Position numbers and translations under genes: made by a program. Of a stretch of 64,000 bases of DNA, positions 17,039 through 26,314 are shown in pieces. The stretch's first letter is position 1; the number at the start of each line of letters is the position of its first letter. The stretch comes from a virus: the IMG/VR virus record IMGVR_UViG_3300021440_000017, positions 523-64,522 of that record; one strand, written 5' to 3'. The notes beneath the pieces are model-generated. The model was given only the letters and a program-made list of their open reading frames with translations. It made no database searches and was not told the origin of the DNA.

Positions 17039-18475
17039 TCAGGGTCGTAGGATACCTCCATTCTGTAGCAGCGTGATCGTGCGTGCAGCCGTCAGCGGCG
17101 TCACGCCAGGGATCGCGCATAGGTTTTGGAACACACGGTTTCGCGGGATAGAGAGACGACGAAGACCGCGAGCATGGCCGACCAGCGCAAGCGCCAGAAA
17201 CGCCCCTAGGGTTCTCACGTTCACGGCGGTTAGCGCAGCAAGCATGCCCTGATCCATCGGCACGTTGTCGAACCCGAGCCCCGAGCGGTAGTGCACGAAG
17301 TTCACGTGCAACGTCGTGGTGTCCCGAGCGATGGCCGTGGCATCAGCAACCGCTCGGTCGAATGCCGCAGCAGCACCCGCAGGAGCTGGCACGAACACCG
17401 CAGGTGCCACGTCTTCTGGCCTCGGCACCAGTTGTTCGGCTACGCGATTGACAACTTCGTCCGGGTCTTGCTCTGCCATGTCCTGCGCGTTGATCTCCTC
17501 TTCGTCTTCGTCGTCGTTTCGACGCACTCGGCGACCACGGTAGACACGACGACGCGGAAGCTCATCCTCGTCTTCTTCTTCGTCTTCCACTTCCTCCTCT
17601 TCTTCACCTTCGTCCCATTCGTCGCCTTCGTCTTCGTCCTCGAGTCCACGCGGGTACCAGCGAAGACCGGCTTCGGTTGCCCACGCTTGCAGCGCCGTGG
17701 TCAAAGCGTCGTCGATCTTGGCGTTGGCGAAGCCTCGGACTTGCACAACCGCGTTGTGGTCCGTTCGGACTTCAATGGTAGCCAAGGGGCGCTCACCAGC
17801 GGTACCACGGATGCTGTAGATCACCGTGTCCTTGCGTCCGAAGTACGAACGGACACAGTGGGACATCGTCGCGGACTCCGCTTCGTACGCGGGTCGCGTG
17901 TCGAGCTTCACGAGGAGCACTGGTGGGTCCACGTGGTCGAACGCCGTGGTTTCGACTACGGTGACGCCCTCGGTCAACGATGACATGAGCTTGGCTTTCG
18001 CCAACTGACGATCCCACAAGGCCACAGCGTCACGCAAGTGCGTCACGGTCATGCGGATGTCACGAGACGGCAACGTCAGCAGGTAGTCAGCCCAATGACG
18101 GTACATGTCCACTTCGTCGTCACCACCGGGCACCACCACGAACATCAGCGTGTTGTCTGCCAGTGCGGAAGCAGCCCACGGCGGCAACTCCGCAGGGTTC
18201 ACACTGTGAACAGCGTTGCGTGCCACGGCCCCGATGTCGAGGTCGATGTGGCAAGCCGTCAGCGCTTTCTGAATGATCGCAAGCCAGGGGCTGCGGATTT
18301 CACGTTCGGCCATGACCGGTAGTGCAGGCCCCTCGTTCAGAAGCCAGCGACGGAACGTCGATGTCCACCAGCGCTGGACATGCGGAGCGTCCTTGTACCG
18401 TTTGGCAAACCCCGTGACCCACTCGTCAACGTCGGGGACGTTGAGTACGTTGCGCGCCGGGGTGGCGGCTGCCAT
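17039..18475 (-). CDS. PcfJ-like domain protein with acidic linker and C-terminal HhH/alpha-CTD-like helical domain
   Basis: ESATMSHCVRSY...IYSIR...LATIEV...VVQVRGFAN; long E/D tract; C-terminal VRTLG...LCAIPGV. Confidence 0.7.
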   Translation of the reverse strand: MAAATPARNVLNVPDVDEWVTGFAKRYKDAPHVQRWWTSTFRRWLLNEGPALPVMAEREIRSPWLAIIQKALTACHIDLDIGAVARNAVHSVNPAELPPWAASALADNTLMFVVVPGGDDEVDMYRHWADYLLTLPSRDIRMTVTHLRDAVALWDRQLAKAKLMSSLTEGVTVVETTAFDHVDPPVLLVKLDTRPAYEAESATMSHCVRSYFGRKDTVIYSIRGTAGERPLATIEVRTDHNAVVQVRGFANAKIDDALTTALQAWATEAGLRWYPRGLEDEDEGDEWDEGEEEEEVEDEEEDEDELPRRRVYRGRRVRRNDDEDEEEINAQDMAEQDPDEVVNRVAEQLVPRPEDVAPAVFVPAPAGAAAAFDRAVADATAIARDTTTLHVNFVHYRSGLGFDNVPMDQGMLAALTAVNVRTLGAFLALALVGHARGLRRLSIPRNRVFQNLCAIPGVTPLTAARTITLLQNGGILRP

Positions 18476-18710
18476 ACGCGATCTCCTTTCCGAGCACGTG
18501 AACAACAGTGGTCTTGACCTCACAGGCCACAGCCATGTCGAGGTTGACACCGTGGATGCCATGGTTGGGCAACAGTGCTTGACGCGCAGCGGTTTCCGAG
18601 TACCGTGTGGCCTTGCCCAGGTCCGGAGTCCAGTACGGGTTGTCCGTCATGTCGCTGAACGTCAGGTACTTGCCCTTGGCGTTGCGCAGCACATACAGTG
18701 CGCTACTCAT
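18426..18710 (-). CDS. hypothetical protein (YxLRNxxGxYL...WT.D...A motif)
   Basis: ATGA overlap. Confidence 0.55.
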   Translation of the reverse strand: MSSALYVLRNAKGKYLTFSDMTDNPYWTPDLGKATRYSETAARQALLPNHGIHGVNLDMAVACEVKTTVVHVLGKEIAYGSRHPGAQRTQRPRR

Positions 18711-19047
18711 CGTCGAGCCCCAGCAACGATCGCTGGCGCGGCGTCAGCAGCGCCAGCGCCGCGGCCTTCTCCGCCGTTTCCAAGTCCGTGGCCTCGGCGA
18801 TGGCGAACGTGCAGGTCACGCGATACGGCGTAAGCACCGCGTCGTGCTTGCAGCCGATCAACGTCGGGTTGTTCAGGATGCGCAGCACCTGCGCTTCCGA
18901 CAACTGAGAAGCATGCTCCAGCGAGTTCTGGCGTTTGGGCAGCCACACTCCAGAGCGTTCACCTTCGCCTTCTTCGGCTGCATACAGCAGCCCGTTCTCG
19001 TTCTCGATCACGTAGAACGTGCGTGCGTCGTCGCGTTTCCAGTTCAT
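18703..19047 (-). CDS. hypothetical protein (YxIxNxxG motif)
   Basis: ATGA overlap. Confidence 0.6.
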   Translation of the reverse strand: MNWKRDDARTFYVIENENGLLYAAEEGEGERSGVWLPKRQNSLEHASQLSEAQVLRILNNPTLIGCKHDAVLTPYRVTCTFAIAEATDLETAEKAAALALLTPRQRSLLGLDDE

Positions 19048-19994
19048 GTCCGAATCCTATGGTTGACGATGGTGGCACCACGGCGGGCGTCACCAGCAAT
19101 GAACGAGTTCCACCAGAAGATGCCGGTCTTCCGGTTCTTGAAGTGGCCTATGACCTCGCGGAGCTTGCCGCGTGCAGCGAACACCGCCCTGATGTCCGCC
19201 GTCGTGACCAGCTTCTTCCGGCCGAGCAGCGACTGATCGTCCACGAGGAAGATGTCGAGCGTGTGATAGTCGAAGAACGGAGGCTTGTGCTTGGCCGCGC
19301 GCTTGGCGTTCAGGTTCTTGGGCGCCTTCACCGCGAGCACCGTGCGTAGGTTCCGCGTGTTCACGAGCGCGAGAGCGCGGAGCGCGACGCCGACGTCCTC
19401 CATGATGTCGTTCATCAAGAAGTCCATGAGCGTGGCTTCCGTGATGCCCGAGTGTCCGTCGCGGAGTTCGGCGGCGACCATCATCGGCAACAGAGGCCCT
19501 ACGTCGGCCACGTACTTGTGCGTGTGCCCATCGAGGTAGAACACAGAGGTCTGGTTGTCACGGTGGAACAGCCCGACACCCATGCTCGGCATCCACGCCT
19601 TCATGTGGTCGATGTAGTACCAGACCACGAACGCGATTTCCGCTGGCTGTCGCAGCGTGGCCTTCAGCGCGAGGGCAAGCGGGGACACGCTGCGTTCCAA
19701 GTCCAGCGCGAGCACCAGCCTGGAACTGGACTTGGACGTGTTGATGCCCTGACTGTTGATCGGCGCGGTGTCCACGCTGTCGGGCACCTCGTACTCGAAC
19801 ACGACCTCGGGGAAGACCATGCGGATGTATGGCACTTGCGGCAGCAGCACCTTGGCCCGGAGGTTCCGGGGTGGTGGCAGCAGCATCTTGTGCGCGCGAA
19901 GCAGGGCGTCCATCATGTTGACGAACACTGGGGCGTCGTAGCCTGCTGTGAGCATTCTCGCCGCCATGTCCAGGCACTGTGTTGTGAAGTTCAT
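19044..19994 (-). CDS. phage hypothetical protein with C-terminal GH.K...G.FWW...G motif
   Basis: 316 aa, GGAGG SD. Confidence 0.7.
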   Translation of the reverse strand: MNFTTQCLDMAARMLTAGYDAPVFVNMMDALLRAHKMLLPPPRNLRAKVLLPQVPYIRMVFPEVVFEYEVPDSVDTAPINSQGINTSKSSSRLVLALDLERSVSPLALALKATLRQPAEIAFVVWYYIDHMKAWMPSMGVGLFHRDNQTSVFYLDGHTHKYVADVGPLLPMMVAAELRDGHSGITEATLMDFLMNDIMEDVGVALRALALVNTRNLRTVLAVKAPKNLNAKRAAKHKPPFFDYHTLDIFLVDDQSLLGRKKLVTTADIRAVFAARGKLREVIGHFKNRKTGIFWWNSFIAGDARRGATIVNHRIRT

Positions 19995-20028
19995 CGGACC
20001 TCCGTTCTGGTATTTACCGTACGTTGGG

Positions 20029-20517
20029 TTAGCCGATGCCCACGGCTTTCCAGCCGGACTTGAGCTTGAGCACCGTGTTCTCGCCCCAGGCGCTCGCCAA
20101 CGCTTCGGTCTTGAACCGCTTCGCCTGTGCCGGATCGTCGGTCACGCGCACTTTGATCTTGCCTCCGTCGTCGCGGCGAGCGTTCACGAGATACCGATCG
20201 CCTCGGCCGAGTCCATCGCGGAACACCCAGGGCCCGGTCTTGCTGGCGCGCACGCGCACGGTACCGCCCTTCAGCGCGGTCAACAACTGGATCATGAAGT
20301 CCACGTTGTCGCCGATGGTCGCGCCATCGTAAGGGAAGTTGAACCCGGCACGGTCTGCGATTTCCGTGCCGTCGGCCTTGATGATGTACTTGCGCACGCC
20401 GGCGAACTCTTTGCCGTCGGGCGCCGTGCTGATCTGCGCACGCCACACCACGGACTTGGAAACCGCGTGCTCTGCGAGCGTCCTCGCGGTCCATTCGCCT
20501 TCAGTTTTCTTCGCCAT
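20029..20517 (-). CDS. PC4/YdbC-like ssDNA-binding domain fused to a small phage domain
   Basis: WRAQISTAPDGKEFAGVRKYIIKADGTEIADRAGFNF resembles the PC4 beta-sheet; AAGGAG SD. Confidence 0.55.
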   Translation of the reverse strand: MAKKTEGEWTARTLAEHAVSKSVVWRAQISTAPDGKEFAGVRKYIIKADGTEIADRAGFNFPYDGATIGDNVDFMIQLLTALKGGTVRVRASKTGPWVFRDGLGRGDRYLVNARRDDGGKIKVRVTDDPAQAKRFKTEALASAWGENTVLKLKSGWKAVGIG

Positions 20518-20833
20518 CGGAATCTCCTTCGTCTTTGTGAAATCTCGGGCCACAGTTCTCGCAGTTGGGGTCGCCGCAACCAGAACCGAGCAGGGTCAGC
20601 GCCGCCGTGAACGCCGCCGCCATGGACTCGGCAGCGACTTCGGGTTTCAGCGGCGGGTAGTACCGCAGGCACATGGTCGTGAGCCCGGGGCATGCGCGTT
20701 CGTCTTCGCGTCCGGGCTCCGCGTTGTCGTGCAGCCATCGGTAGAAGCACTTGGAGCACGACGGGGACGACCAGTCTTGCATGTCCGGCGTGACCTGTTG
20801 CTCCGTGAGGCTAGTGATCGGCGGTATCGGCAT
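20501..20833 (-). CDS. Cys-rich hypothetical protein
   Basis: CSKC...C...C and CGDPNCENC. Confidence 0.55.
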   Translation of the reverse strand: MPIPPITSLTEQQVTPDMQDWSSPSCSKCFYRWLHDNAEPGREDERACPGLTTMCLRYYPPLKPEVAAESMAAAFTAALTLLGSGCGDPNCENCGPRFHKDEGDSDGEEN

Positions 20834-21206
20834 TGTCGCCTCCAGAGAGTTCGGCCAGCGTTCGCTCCACTGCCTTGCGCACTCGCGGCACCCACAGTGG
20901 AGACGCGCGGAGTTCGGTCAGCAGCGCCTCGACGTTCGGCTGGAAGCCGATCCAGACCTCGGACACCGAGGAGCTGATGACCACGATCTTGTTCTCGTTC
21001 TTCACGAGGTCGCGGGCGGCCACCTTGGACTTGACCACGAGCTTGGTCTTGCGGCCCGCGACCTTGATGCTGAGTAACCACTTGGCATCTGCCGGGTTCT
21101 TCGACCGGGTGCGCTCCAACTTGGAGAACGCAGCGTCGCCCAGGTACGGCAGCAGAGCCGTCAACCGGGCTTCCAGCGCGAGTTGCAGTTGTGACTTGTC
21201 GCTCAT
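20811..21206 (-). CDS. hypothetical protein
   Basis: AAGGAG SD. Confidence 0.65.
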   Translation of the reverse strand: MSDKSQLQLALEARLTALLPYLGDAAFSKLERTRSKNPADAKWLLSIKVAGRKTKLVVKSKVAARDLVKNENKIVVISSSVSEVWIGFQPNVEALLTELRASPLWVPRVRKAVERTLAELSGGDNADTADH

Positions 21207-21526
21207 TCAGAGTCTCCTTTTGTTGCAGGTGCGAGAGCCGCACGGATGTCTTCGGGGGTGAGCGTGCGGGAGCTCGGTTGGAATTCTTCCGCACACATGA
21301 GCTTGTAGCAGTAGACCACGGTGGACTGCGCCTGGCCGCCGCGCACCAACTTCTGCAGCCTGGCGATGCACTCTTCGTCGGACTCCGCGTGGAACACTTC
21401 GGGTGCAGCGTTTGCGCCTGGCCGGAGTATCACGTAGTTCGGCGGCGGAGTCTTCGACTTGGCCCACGCTGCTGGAACAGCGCGCTCGGCGCCGCCAGCT
21501 TCAAACGGTGGAGGGTTGCCGCCCAT
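21203..21526 (-). CDS. hypothetical protein
   Basis: start 2 nt after upstream stop. Confidence 0.55.
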   Translation of the reverse strand: MGGNPPPFEAGGAERAVPAAWAKSKTPPPNYVILRPGANAAPEVFHAESDEECIARLQKLVRGGQAQSTVVYCYKLMCAEEFQPSSRTLTPEDIRAALAPATKGDSE

Positions 21527-21527
21527 G

Positions 21528-21815
21528 TCAGTTCTCACTGTGCTCAGCGTCGAGCACTGCAAGTTGCTGCTTCACGACATCGAGGCAGTTCTCCGCGCGG
21601 TCGATGTGCGCGGCCATCGTTTGCACTTCATCGGCCAGCACTTCGTCCGGTGTCAGCGGCCTGGTGTCCGGGTCCGTCAGCGGCCCTCGGAACACGTGCC
21701 CGATTCGAGAGCGCCACACGCCTGTGGCGATTCTCGTCTGGTAGTGCTCGGCGCGTAGTTGCGACTGGCGGGCTTCCGCCAGCGCCAGCGCCGCTCTCAG
21801 TTCTGGTCCCCTCAT
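21528..21815 (-). CDS. hypothetical protein
   Basis: AAGGAG SD, ATGA overlap. Confidence 0.6.
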   Translation of the reverse strand: MRGPELRAALALAEARQSQLRAEHYQTRIATGVWRSRIGHVFRGPLTDPDTRPLTPDEVLADEVQTMAAHIDRAENCLDVVKQQLAVLDAEHSEN

Positions 21816-22516
21816 TTGCGACTCCTTGCTGCGAACTCGCGCAGCTTCTCTGCCACGAAATGCACACCGTTGCCCTGGTGGCACTCGCTGGCGATGTTGT
21901 GGATCAACTTGATGACCCTGCTGTTGACGCTCCCGTGCGAGCAGATCACGCACGGCCGGCTACTGCACTTGCGCTTGATGCCCGTGTCCGAGTTGTGCGG
22001 GTCCACCCACACGATGTCCAGAGTGGGCACCTTCTGCTGTAGCTCGACGCGGTGCTTCTCGAACACGCCGGCCACCGCGACCTTGAGCTTCGGGGGCAGC
22101 AGCACTTCGAGCGGCCGTTGCTCGAACTTCATGTGCGGCGGTGCCCCGGACACGTTGACGCTGATGGTCACGGGCTCCGGTTCGGCAGCAGCAGCCGCAG
22201 CCGCAGCGTTCTTCAGCGCCTGGATTTCCGCGTCGAGTTCGGTTACGAGCGTGACCAGCGCGCTCACTGTCATCGACCCACGGCCCGGCACTTGGTACTC
22301 GCGCGGCGCCATCAACGTCGTGACGAACTTGCGGAGTTCGACAGGGGAGAACGTCATGCGGCGTCGATCGGGCTCCAGCACGTGCTGCGCGCCGTGATAC
22401 AGCAACGCAGCCTTGACGGTCGTGGTCGTCGCACCGATGCTCTGAACCTCCAGGATCTCGCGCACGCTCTGCACGACGAGATCCCGTTCAGCGACTTTCC
22501 ATACGATTCTGGTCAT
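21812..22516 (-). CDS. hypothetical protein (coiled coil plus C-terminal alpha/beta domain)
   Basis: AAAGGA SD. Confidence 0.65.
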   Translation of the reverse strand: MTRIVWKVAERDLVVQSVREILEVQSIGATTTTVKAALLYHGAQHVLEPDRRRMTFSPVELRKFVTTLMAPREYQVPGRGSMTVSALVTLVTELDAEIQALKNAAAAAAAAEPEPVTISVNVSGAPPHMKFEQRPLEVLLPPKLKVAVAGVFEKHRVELQQKVPTLDIVWVDPHNSDTGIKRKCSSRPCVICSHGSVNSRVIKLIHNIASECHQGNGVHFVAEKLREFAARSRK

Positions 22517-23397
22517 CGCAGTCCTTTCACCAGTGAACGTGCCACGCTGTAGCTCGTGCTGAAGTTGTGGGGGCATGCTTCGAGAAAGTCGAGCGCGCAC
22601 TGCGTCTTGCCCGGAAGATCGTCACGGAGTTCGTCGTGAACCAGCATCCAGAATAACCGGGCTGCCAACGAGTCCGGACCCGTTGCCGTCGGCAGCGGCT
22701 CGCCCGCGCGGTACTTCTCACGCCAGCGAGCGACGAACGCCTCCGCGTCGATCACGGGTCGAACGATGGTCCCTGATAGCTCCTGGTTGATGCGGCACCA
22801 GTAGCAGCTTCGATGCACATAGTGCAAGTCGTAGCCGCCGCGTCCGTGAACGACACGGGCGTTCTCCAGCGGGTTCGGCCAGTCCGTGACGTTCGGACAG
22901 CACGCGAGCACGCCCGGGTACTTGAGGTCCACGAGTCTCCGCAACTCGTCCATGCCCGCCGGCGTGAAGTACCGGGTGACGCTCGTGAGCTCCCAGTTGA
23001 GGTAGTGAGCGGAGAACTCGACCTTGGGGATCAGCCAGTTCGTGATCTTCGCGGGGTCGCCGGCGACTTCGTAGTGGACGCCCCGGGTGAACGACCGCTG
23101 CCAGTTGCAGTACGGCTGCATACTCGCGTCGTCGAACGACCGTGCCTGGCACTCGTAGCGCCAGCCGTCGTCCCCGATTGCCGTGTACCCGTAGTGCGAC
23201 TCGGACGGCCGGTACTCGCCCTTGGACACGACTTCGGCGTCGATCACGAGCTTCACGACGTGCAGGTTGTTCACGGCGTCAGCGTCCACGTGCTCGGGAC
23301 GGGTGACCCGCGTCATGCCGAAGTCTTCATCGCCCTCGGCGACGATCAGCAGCGTCTCACCTACGCGGTAGGCATGGTGGTCAAGACTCATCGTCAT
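22513..23397 (-). CDS. hypothetical protein
   Basis: GAGGAG SD. Confidence 0.65.
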   Translation of the reverse strand: MTMSLDHHAYRVGETLLIVAEGDEDFGMTRVTRPEHVDADAVNNLHVVKLVIDAEVVSKGEYRPSESHYGYTAIGDDGWRYECQARSFDDASMQPYCNWQRSFTRGVHYEVAGDPAKITNWLIPKVEFSAHYLNWELTSVTRYFTPAGMDELRRLVDLKYPGVLACCPNVTDWPNPLENARVVHGRGGYDLHYVHRSCYWCRINQELSGTIVRPVIDAEAFVARWREKYRAGEPLPTATGPDSLAARLFWMLVHDELRDDLPGKTQCALDFLEACPHNFSTSYSVARSLVKGLR

Positions 23398-23539
23398 TCT
23401 CCTCGTCGGCGTCAGCCGTTTGGGTTTCGGGGAACTCCGCACTGGTGTCGCGTGCAGCGCGCTTGGCAGCGAGGGCCTCGCGCACGGACTTGGCGAGTTC
23501 GGCGATGCCGGGCAGTTCGTTCAGCGGTAGCACGCTCAT
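23381..23539 (-). CDS. small acidic-tailed protein (52 aa)
   Basis: Manual translation MSVLPLNELPGIAELAKSV...DADEENDDES; GGAG SD, ATGA overlap; not in ORF track. Confidence 0.5.
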   Translation of the reverse strand: MSVLPLNELPGIAELAKSVREALAAKRAARDTSAEFPETQTADADEENDDES

Positions 23540-23781
23540 TTCGGGGCGCTCCAGTCTTGCACGTGGTGAACGACGATGCCCGGACCCAGGTCATCGCAAG
23601 TCATGGGTGCCCGACCCTTGGGCACTTCCACGTGGCGGCACTCGCCGGTCACCGGGTTGAAGTACATCACGGGGCGCGAATGCCACCATGCAGAGAGCAG
23701 CAGCGCGATGATGACGGCGACGATCGCCCACGTATAGTGGCGGTGCCACGCGGGTTCGCGGTGGATGAACAACAGTCTCAT
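23536..23781 (-). CDS. single-TM membrane protein
   Basis: WAIVAVIIALLLSAWW; AGGAGG SD. Confidence 0.6.
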   Translation of the reverse strand: MRLLFIHREPAWHRHYTWAIVAVIIALLLSAWWHSRPVMYFNPVTGECRHVEVPKGRAPMTCDDLGPGIVVHHVQDWSAPK

Positions 23782-23794
23782 GCTTCCTCCTGGG

Positions 23795-24058
23795 TTACGA
23801 AAGGGGCGTCACGCGCAACACGTGACTGACGTTGGACGAGTAGCAGCGGCCGAGAGCCTCGGCGCCGATTCTCCGCTTCACCTTCTTCGGGTCTAGCCAC
23901 GTGTTCTGCTTGTAGAACCCGGTGGCCTTGAACTCGGTGCCGGCGACCGTACCTTCACGTTCGCCCAGCCGGTTCACCAGCTTCTGCCGTTCTTCGAGGA
24001 GCGCCGCGACCTCTGCGTCGATCTCCCCGATTCGGTCTACTGCTTCTGCGATCTTCAT
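23795..24058 (-). CDS. hypothetical protein
   Basis: AAGGAGG SD preceded by C(UUCG)G hairpin. Confidence 0.7.
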   Translation of the reverse strand: MKIAEAVDRIGEIDAEVAALLEERQKLVNRLGEREGTVAGTEFKATGFYKQNTWLDPKKVKRRIGAEALGRCYSSNVSHVLRVTPLS

Positions 24059-24094
24059 GGAACCTCCTTGTGAACGCGGCCGAAGCCGCTGATG

Positions 24095-24370
24095 TCAGAG
24101 CATATCGAGCACGACGTTAGCGGCATCGACGAACGATGCTGCTTGCTTTCTTGTTTCTTCCGTATCGTCTTTCAACAACGAACGTGCTTGCAACTGCAAC
24201 GCTGCGAACAGTACCTCGCGTAAGAGCCTGTGCCGCTCAAGCACTGCTAACTGATACTCACTGGGCTTATGTCTTGCGGCATTCGCAGCGAAACTTGTGC
24301 ATGCCGCATTCATTTCACGTGCTGCCCGTTGTTCGCTTCCGATTGTACGGAGTGGTAGTTGTAGTTTCAT
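24095..24370 (-). CDS. hypothetical protein, AT-richer, first gene after promoter C
   Basis: MKLQLPLRTIG...; GAGGA SD. Confidence 0.6.
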   Translation of the reverse strand: MKLQLPLRTIGSEQRAAREMNAACTSFAANAARHKPSEYQLAVLERHRLLREVLFAALQLQARSLLKDDTEETRKQAASFVDAANVVLDML

Positions 24371-24383
24371 GGTTGTCCTCTTC

Positions 24384-24461
24384 GCTGAATTCTCCAAGTT
24401 CGCTCGGGTTTCAGCGGTTGACCCGGCAACCACATTGTACCACATCCGAACTCGGGGTAAA
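24384..24461 (-). promoter_or_regulatory. sigma70-type promoter C plus conserved structured leader
   Basis: TTTACC-16-TACAAT with TG extension; leader stem GCTGAA/TTCAGC enclosing ACC...AACTTGGAGAA. Confidence 0.7.
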
Positions 24462-24463
24462 CC

Positions 24464-24682
24464 CTAGCGCGGACGCGGGTGCTGCGCCGGGTACAGCAGG
24501 CGGTACAGCCGCCGGACCACGGCGATCAGCACGAACATCCAGACGACTAGCGCGAGGCCCAGGTAGTCGCGCACGGCGTTGCGCACGATCAGTGGTGCCC
24601 ACAGTTCGGAGCCGGTGCCCACAAGGGTGAACACCGCGAGCGTGACGGCCATGCACCAGTCCTTGAACCTCGTGAACGTCAT
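24464..24682 (-). CDS. two-TM membrane protein
   Basis: AVTLAVFTLVG... and LGLALVVWMFVLIAVV. Confidence 0.55.
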   Translation of the reverse strand: MTFTRFKDWCMAVTLAVFTLVGTGSELWAPLIVRNAVRDYLGLALVVWMFVLIAVVRRLYRLLYPAQHPRPR

Positions 24683-25362
24683 GATGCGCCCCACTGAAGC
24701 TCGGAGAGTTCGCAGGTGAAGAACTTGCGGAACCGGTTGTACAGCGCTGTGATCTCCTCGGTGGTGGCGCGACGCACGAACACGTTGCGGCCTATGTCCA
24801 CCAGTTCCCCGATGTTCGCCCATTCACCGTCAGCGGTGTACGTGACGCCGACGCGCGTGCCTGACTTGAGGTACATCTGCTGAGGGTACTTGATGACCAC
24901 CAGGGGCTCTTCGGTTTCCGGTTCGTCACGGGTCACCAGCGGCGTGCCATCGAGCCGCCACGTGTTGCCCGTGGCCGACACGCGGACTTCGCGGACGATG
25001 GCCGTGCGCAGGAACCTCGCAAGGTCCGCGTCACCGTAGTGCGCCTTCGTGTACGGCGGCAGCAGACCAGAGACTGCCGCTTCCACGGACTCGAACACCG
25101 TGGCGTCTGTGGGCGCCACTGAAGTTTCGTCGCCGTCGTGCTCGCTGTTGTGCGTCCCTTGCATGAGGAACGTCGTGCCCTTCGGGTTCGTGACCGTGTA
25201 CCCGACCACGTGCGGGTCGTTCATCATGGGCCCCACGATGGGGTCGCGGTTGACGATCAGCCCGTCGGTCGCCAGCGCTTCGTCCAGGTAGTCGCTGGCG
25301 TCGTCGCGGTTGCGTTGACCGTGGACGGCGACGCCCACGACGAAGTGAAAAACCTTGCTCAT
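24679..25362 (-). CDS. hypothetical protein
   Basis: GGAGG SD. Confidence 0.65.
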   Translation of the reverse strand: MSKVFHFVVGVAVHGQRNRDDASDYLDEALATDGLIVNRDPIVGPMMNDPHVVGYTVTNPKGTTFLMQGTHNSEHDGDETSVAPTDATVFESVEAAVSGLLPPYTKAHYGDADLARFLRTAIVREVRVSATGNTWRLDGTPLVTRDEPETEEPLVVIKYPQQMYLKSGTRVGVTYTADGEWANIGELVDIGRNVFVRRATTEEITALYNRFRKFFTCELSELQWGAS

Positions 25363-25643
25363 ACGGCCTCCATGTCACGAGTTGGAAATACCAGGTCCAG
25401 GGGCGGCGCTTCGCCGGCGACGAGTTCATCGCCATCCAGCGGCGTGAAGCTCGGCTCGCTCCAGAAGATTTCGACGCCGTTGTCGTCGAGCACGGGGCTG
25501 ACGGACCACACAGGGTAGCCATAGTCGCCCTCGTCGGACTCGCAGATAATGCGGCTGACGAGCGTGACGAACATCCCGGCGTACTGAACGTAGACGCCGG
25601 GGTCTGTGATCTGGACGCGCTGCCCAGGGTAGAGAACACTCAT
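25359..25643 (-). CDS. SH3/KOW-like small protein
   Basis: LYPGQRVQITDPG...YAGMFVTLV; GGAG SD. Confidence 0.5.
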   Translation of the reverse strand: MSVLYPGQRVQITDPGVYVQYAGMFVTLVSRIICESDEGDYGYPVWSVSPVLDDNGVEIFWSEPSFTPLDGDELVAGEAPPLDLVFPTRDMEAV

Positions 25644-26032
25644 GTACGTGCTCCAGGAAAGTACTTGGGTGAGAACCAGTGATGGGTCTTCGAGCCCGGG
25701 TTGTTGAATTGCATGATCCACAGTTCGGGGAACTGCTCAGGGTACCGGATCATGGCCCGATGCATGGCGAACGCATCAATCTCGTCGTGGCAGAACTCCA
25801 GCACCCGGGCGACCTTGTCGTCCATGGTGGTGCCGTAGATTGCCCAGCCACCAGTGGCTTCCACGATGGGCGAGCCCCGGTACGAGTACCAACGACGGCG
25901 GAACTCCACAGTCGTCGGCGTCGAACCCGGGCCCTCCAGCATGTAGCCGGTGACTTCGTAGCCCCGATCAGCGAGGTACTGCTGTTGCTGATCGGGGCTC
26001 ATGGCATTCCACCGGTGAATGCTCATGTTCAT
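25640..26032 (-). CDS. hypothetical protein
   Basis: operon packing. Confidence 0.6.
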   Translation of the reverse strand: MNMSIHRWNAMSPDQQQQYLADRGYEVTGYMLEGPGSTPTTVEFRRRWYSYRGSPIVEATGGWAIYGTTMDDKVARVLEFCHDEIDAFAMHRAMIRYPEQFPELWIMQFNNPGSKTHHWFSPKYFPGART

Positions 26033-26035
26033 GGG

Positions 26036-26281
26036 TCAGGCCCAGAAAGTGCGGACTGCACGCGCGAACGCTGCGGCCGGCGTGCCGCCCTCTTCCCAGG
26101 ACTTCCACTGCGCGCCGGTGCGCAAGCCGGCGTAGAACTTGCCTTCTTCCACGACGACGGACAGACGCGGCAGGCCCGGTGCGGACACCGTGATGTGACG
26201 ACGGAACCGCCGGAAGCGCACGGGCACGGCCTCGCGGTTGAGGCTGATGACACGGGTGACGAGTTTGGACTTGGAAGCCAT
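26036..26281 (-). CDS. basic hypothetical protein
   Basis: MASKSKLVTR... Confidence 0.55.
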   Translation of the reverse strand: MASKSKLVTRVISLNREAVPVRFRRFRRHITVSAPGLPRLSVVVEEGKFYAGLRTGAQWKSWEEGGTPAAAFARAVRTFWA

Positions 26282-26314
26282 GATGATCTTTCGTTTGGGC
26301 ACTGTGGCCCGATG

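Noticed and set aside
17480-17645. TCTTCG/TCGTCT microrepeats as a non-coding repeat element
   Set aside because: Simply encode the Glu/Asp tract of the PcfJ-like protein
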